From assembly GCA_022560555.1 (NCBI GenBank), contig JADFSZ010000065.1:1-8802 (forward strand): a stretch of DNA of 8,802 nucleotides, written 5' to 3'. This DNA is from PVC group bacterium (lineage in GTDB: Bacteria > GCA-001730085 > JADFSZ01). This document shows positions 6,657 through 8,802 of the stretch, piece by piece; the first letter of the stretch is position 1; the number at the start of each line of letters is the position of its first letter. Below the pieces are notes generated by a model. It did not search any database, was not told the origin of the DNA, and worked only from the letters and a program-made list of their open reading frames with translations. A program made the position numbers and the translations under genes.

Positions 6657-7393
6657 TTTTTTAGAGGAATTTTTTCTTGATGTTTGTCGCGCATAAGACA
6701 ACTCGACTGATATAGGGACTCAAACGTTCCGGCGTCTTTCCACCATCCGTCCAGAACATCATATGTCATAAGGGCCTCTTCGATATATTGATTGTTCACA
6801 TCCGTAATTTCAAGTTCACCGCGATTTGAGCGTTTCAAGGTCTTCACGATTTCAAAAACACGGGCATCATACATATAGATGCCGACAACGGCAAAACGGG
6901 AAGGAGCCTTTTTGGGCTTCTCGATAATACGCGCGATCTTTTCCCCCGAAAATTCAACAACCCCGAAACGCTCCGGATCTTCGACTTCTTTAATCAGGAT
7001 CTTTGCCCCTTCTTTTTGTTTGCTAAAACTTTGGACGGCGGCCTTAATGCTTTTTTGAACCATGTTGTCACCCAACACAACGATGACTTTTTCTCCCTGG
7101 CTAAATCCTTGAGCCAAAGAGAGGGCTTCGGCAATCCCGCCTTCTCCTTCCTGATACGCGTAATTGACGGAATCCAGTCCCAGATCTTTGCCGTTCCCGA
7201 GAAGGCGCATAAACTCACCGGAGGATGAGCCACCTGTAACAATCATGATATCCCGAATACCCGCTTCAACGAGAAGTTCGATCGGATAATAAATCATGGG
7301 TTTATTATAAACAGGAAGCAAATGCTTATTTGTGACTTTTGTAAGAGGCAATAAGCGGCTTCCTAATCCCCCGGCTAAAATAACTCCCCGCAT
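6653..7393 (-). CDS. rmlA: sugar-1-phosphate nucleotidylyltransferase, probable glucose-1-phosphate thymidylyltransferase (unusually short, 246 aa)
   Basis: N-terminal NTP-binding loop GVILAGGLGSRLLPLTKVTNKHLLPVYNKPMIYYPIE. Sits directly upstream of rmlB and rmlD. The ORF track starts at TTG 7411. ATG 7393..7391 (MRGVILAGG...) has SD GAGGAG (7406..7401, minus) 7 nt upstream. At 246 aa it is shorter than a classical RmlA of about 290 aa, so the sugar and nucleotide specificity is inferred from context only. Confidence 0.8.
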   Translation of the reverse strand: MRGVILAGGLGSRLLPLTKVTNKHLLPVYNKPMIYYPIELLVEAGIRDIMIVTGGSSSGEFMRLLGNGKDLGLDSVNYAYQEGEGGIAEALSLAQGFSQGEKVIVVLGDNMVQKSIKAAVQSFSKQKEGAKILIKEVEDPERFGVVEFSGEKIARIIEKPKKAPSRFAVVGIYMYDARVFEIVKTLKRSNRGELEITDVNNQYIEEALMTYDVLDGWWKDAGTFESLYQSSCLMRDKHQEKIPLKK

Positions 7394-7414
7394 ACGTATT
7401 CTCCTCGTCAAATC

Positions 7415-7741
7415 TTATGAAATATTAAAAATACCATCTAACTTGGTGATCGTGAAAAGCTCCCGAATCGATGGTTTGAGGCCCGTAATTTTCACAGCCC
7501 CTTTGATAGCTTTCAGGCGATTCGAGATTGATATGAGCGTGCCGAGCATGCTGGATGACATGAATTCAACTTGAGAAAAATCGATGACAATTTTCTTATA
7601 CCCTTTTCGTATCGCTTCATCGGCTAGGCCTTTAATCACTTCCCCGGATTGAGGGGCCACGAGCCGGCTTTGTATAATGTTGATAAAAGCATAATCATCC
7701 CGATATTCCACAACAGCGACGCCTGAAAAGCCCTTTTCCAT
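7415..7741 (-). CDS. STAS-domain protein (anti-sigma-factor antagonist, SpoIIAA/RsbV-like)
   Basis: DFSQVEFMSSSMLGTLIS aligns with the SpoIIAA LSFMDSSGLGVIL segment, conserving the phosphorylatable Ser position. The C-terminal IRELFTITKLDGIFNI resembles the STAS helix-loop (compare SpoIIAA VKRLFDMSGLFKII). The ORF track starts at ATG 7747, but SD GAGAGGAG (7755..7748, minus) abuts that ATG. The second ATG, 7741..7739, has a 6-nt spacing and is preferred (108 aa). Confidence 0.85.
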   Translation of the reverse strand: MEKGFSGVAVVEYRDDYAFINIIQSRLVAPQSGEVIKGLADEAIRKGYKKIVIDFSQVEFMSSSMLGTLISISNRLKAIKGAVKITGLKPSIRELFTITKLDGIFNIS

Positions 7742-7947
7742 AACCATCTCCTCTCAACTTCAACATAATACCCGCGACAACTTCACTGATTAGATCTAAT
7801 GAGCTCAACATCTTATCAAGAATCCCTTCGAAGGCCAATAGGTAAATTTTCAAGAAACTTATCGTCACACATGACTCTAGTAAAGTCAATAGGTTCCGAT
7901 CCAATCAGCCTTGATTTCCGGGCAAAGACATTTTTGAGTTTTTTCCT

Positions 7948-7976
7948 TTGAAATTATCATGCAAACTCACTATAAT
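7948..7976 (+). promoter_or_regulatory. near-consensus sigma70-type promoter of the V-type ATPase operon
   Basis: TTGAAA (7948..7953), a 17-nt spacer, then a perfect TATAAT (7971..7976), preceded by a T-rich UP-like tract (7931..7947). The predicted TSS near 7983 gives a leader of about 100 nt before the ATG at 8082. Confidence 0.55.
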
Positions 7977-8081
7977 GTTCCCTCATTGCTATTAAAACGA
8001 GCTTAGCTAAGCAGAAGATACCTTAATGATTTGATACGTATCTGTTTACGTTAAAACCCATGCCGATGGGAGGAGACATTT

Positions 8082-8693
8082 ATGGCTGACCAATTGCAGA
8101 CCTTGTTAGATAAAATTTATCAAGACAGTGTCCTCAAAGGGCAAAATGACGCGGACGAATTCATAAAAGAGGCCAAAAAAAAGGCCCACGCTCTCATTGA
8201 AGATGCCAAGAAAGAGGCCCAAGATCTCAGAAGCAAAACCGATAAAGAACTTGAAGAACTCAGGCGGAATGTTTCTTCAGAAATTCAATTGGCCAGCCGA
8301 CAAGCCATCAGCTCCTTAAAAAGTCAAATTATCGAATTGATCATCGCCAAAGCAACCCACGATTCGATCAAAAACACATTTACAGACCCAAAAACCCTCA
8401 CGGCATTCATACAAACGATTCTTGAGCATTGGAGGGGCGACCCTTCCAAAACAAACCTTGAACTTATTCTTCCGGAAACATTAAAAAAAGATTTGGAAAA
8501 AACCATTCGATCATCCTTGACCGGTGCCCTTAAGGAAAATCTAAAAATGACATTTTCCAAAGCCATCCAAGGAGGTTTTCAAATTCAACCGGAAGGCGAA
8601 ACCTATAAAATCAGTTTCACGGATGAAGATTTCGAGGAATTCTTAAAACAATTTCTTCGCCCAAAAACCAAAAAATTTCTTTTCGAAGAATAA
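8082..8693 (+). CDS. atpE: V-type (A/V) ATP synthase subunit E (peripheral stalk)
   Basis: 203 aa. Strong SD GGGAGGAG (8068..8075) 6 nt upstream of the ATG. The N-terminal half is a long charged coiled-coil (EFIKEAKKKAHALIEDAKKEAQDLRSKTDKELEELRR). The C-terminal globular part ends GGFQIQPEGETYKISFTDEDFEEFLKQFLRPKTKKFLF. From memory this matches the architecture and C-terminal pattern of bacterial V-ATPase E subunits. FliH/YscL-like or F-type b-like alternatives are not excluded without an HMM search. Confidence 0.7.
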   Translation: MADQLQTLLDKIYQDSVLKGQNDADEFIKEAKKKAHALIEDAKKEAQDLRSKTDKELEELRRNVSSEIQLASRQAISSLKSQIIELIIAKATHDSIKNTFTDPKTLTAFIQTILEHWRGDPSKTNLELILPETLKKDLEKTIRSSLTGALKENLKMTFSKAIQGGFQIQPEGETYKISFTDEDFEEFLKQFLRPKTKKFLFEE

Positions 8694-8695
8694 AT

Positions 8696-8759
8696 TTTTT
8701 CATTGAATAAGTTTTTCATTTAATAAGTTTCCCATTTAATAAATTTTCCATTTGATAAA
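8696..8759. repeat. 16-bp head-to-tail tandem direct repeat, 4 units
   Basis: Units: 8696-8711 TTTTTCATTGAATAAG; 8712-8727 TTTTTCATTTAATAAG; 8728-8743 TTTCCCATTTAATAAA; 8744-8759 TTTTCCATTTGATAAA. Read directly from the sequence. The array fills most of the 72-nt spacer between the subunit E stop and the next ATG. Confidence 0.9.
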
Positions 8760-8765
8760 CAAGCG

Positions 8766-8802
8766 ATGACAAACGAATATTATTACTTTATTTCAGGATT
8801 AC
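8766..8802 (+). CDS. 5' end of the next ORF in the V-ATPase operon (partial); possibly the DUF2764-type subunit C/d-like protein
   Basis: ATG at 8766, open to the window end (MTNEYYYFISGL). The position after subunit E and the YYY-x-x-x-GL N-terminus resemble, from memory, the N-termini of DUF2764 proteins found second in bacterial V-ATPase operons. Only 12 codons are visible and there is no SD. Confidence 0.35.
   Translation, partial: MTNEYYYFISGL

Noticed and set aside
4899-6680. Nine plus- or off-frame ORFs overlapping rmlD and rmlB (for example 5226..5546, 5547..5813, 5859..6236, 6366..6680)
   Set aside because: All overlap genes with clear SDR signatures on the other strand or frame. 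None has an SD or a recognisable domain.
6994-7574. ORFs 6994..7242 (-), 7016..7228 (+) and 7332..7574 (+)
   Set aside because: These are shadow ORFs inside rmlA and the STAS gene.
7695-7904. 69-aa minus-strand ORF spanning the intergenic region and overlapping the STAS start
   Set aside because: It starts with TTG and has no SD. It overlaps the STAS gene out of frame by about 50 nt, and its translation has no recognisable features. It covers sequence better explained as promoter or operator DNA.
8324-8566. Minus-strand 80-aa ORF inside the V-ATPase E gene
   Set aside because: It is antisense to a gene with a strong SD and a coherent coiled-coil plus globular architecture. It has no start context of its own.
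1-8802. Looked for a novel defence, toxin-antitoxin, secretion or mobile-element system across the window
   Set aside because: Every ORF above about 100 aa has a confident housekeeping or envelope assignment. There are no unassigned multi-gene clusters, no nuclease, ATPase or helicase proteins of unknown function, and no visible compositional break. Claiming a new system would not be supported by the sequence.

Overview
This window looks like an ordinary, tightly packed, moderately AT-rich bacterial chromosomal segment of housekeeping and envelope genes, not an accessory island. All functional calls come from motif recognition by eye; no searches were run.

Layout:
(i) 1..167 (-): the 5' end of an ORF with a signal-peptide-like N-terminus.
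(ii) A divergent intergenic region holding a symmetric bidirectional sigma70-like promoter and a 17-bp tandem repeat array.
(iii) 345..1373 (+): a membrane-anchored orphan sensor histidine kinase.
(iv) An uninterrupted 6.4-kb minus-strand block of ten genes, with gaps of at most 42 bp and two ATGA overlaps. In transcription order: STAS anti-sigma-antagonist-like, rmlA-like, rmlB, rmlD (no rmlC), purN, exbB, exbD, tonB-like, 4-oxalocrotonate tautomerase family, class I birA. The birA 3' end overlaps the kinase 3' end convergently by 31 bp.
(v) A 334-bp divergent region with a near-consensus promoter and two perfect 12-bp palindromes.
(vi) The start of a V-type ATPase operon: subunit E, then a 16-bp x4 tandem repeat, then the first 12 codons of the next ORF.

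I found no CRISPR, tRNA/rRNA, transposase/integrase, toxin-antitoxin or recognisable defence genes. I do not see a convincing novel multi-gene system.

The least explained signals are:
- two related AT-rich tandem repeat arrays, each directly upstream of a start codon that lacks a Shine-Dalgarno (SD);
- the degenerate G1 ATP-binding box of the kinase;
- the paired TTAG/CTAA palindromes;
- the functionally heterogeneous gene block headed by an orphan STAS gene.

Four ORF-track N-termini look over-extended (exbD, rmlB, rmlA, STAS). I trimmed them to starts with better SD or overlap logic.
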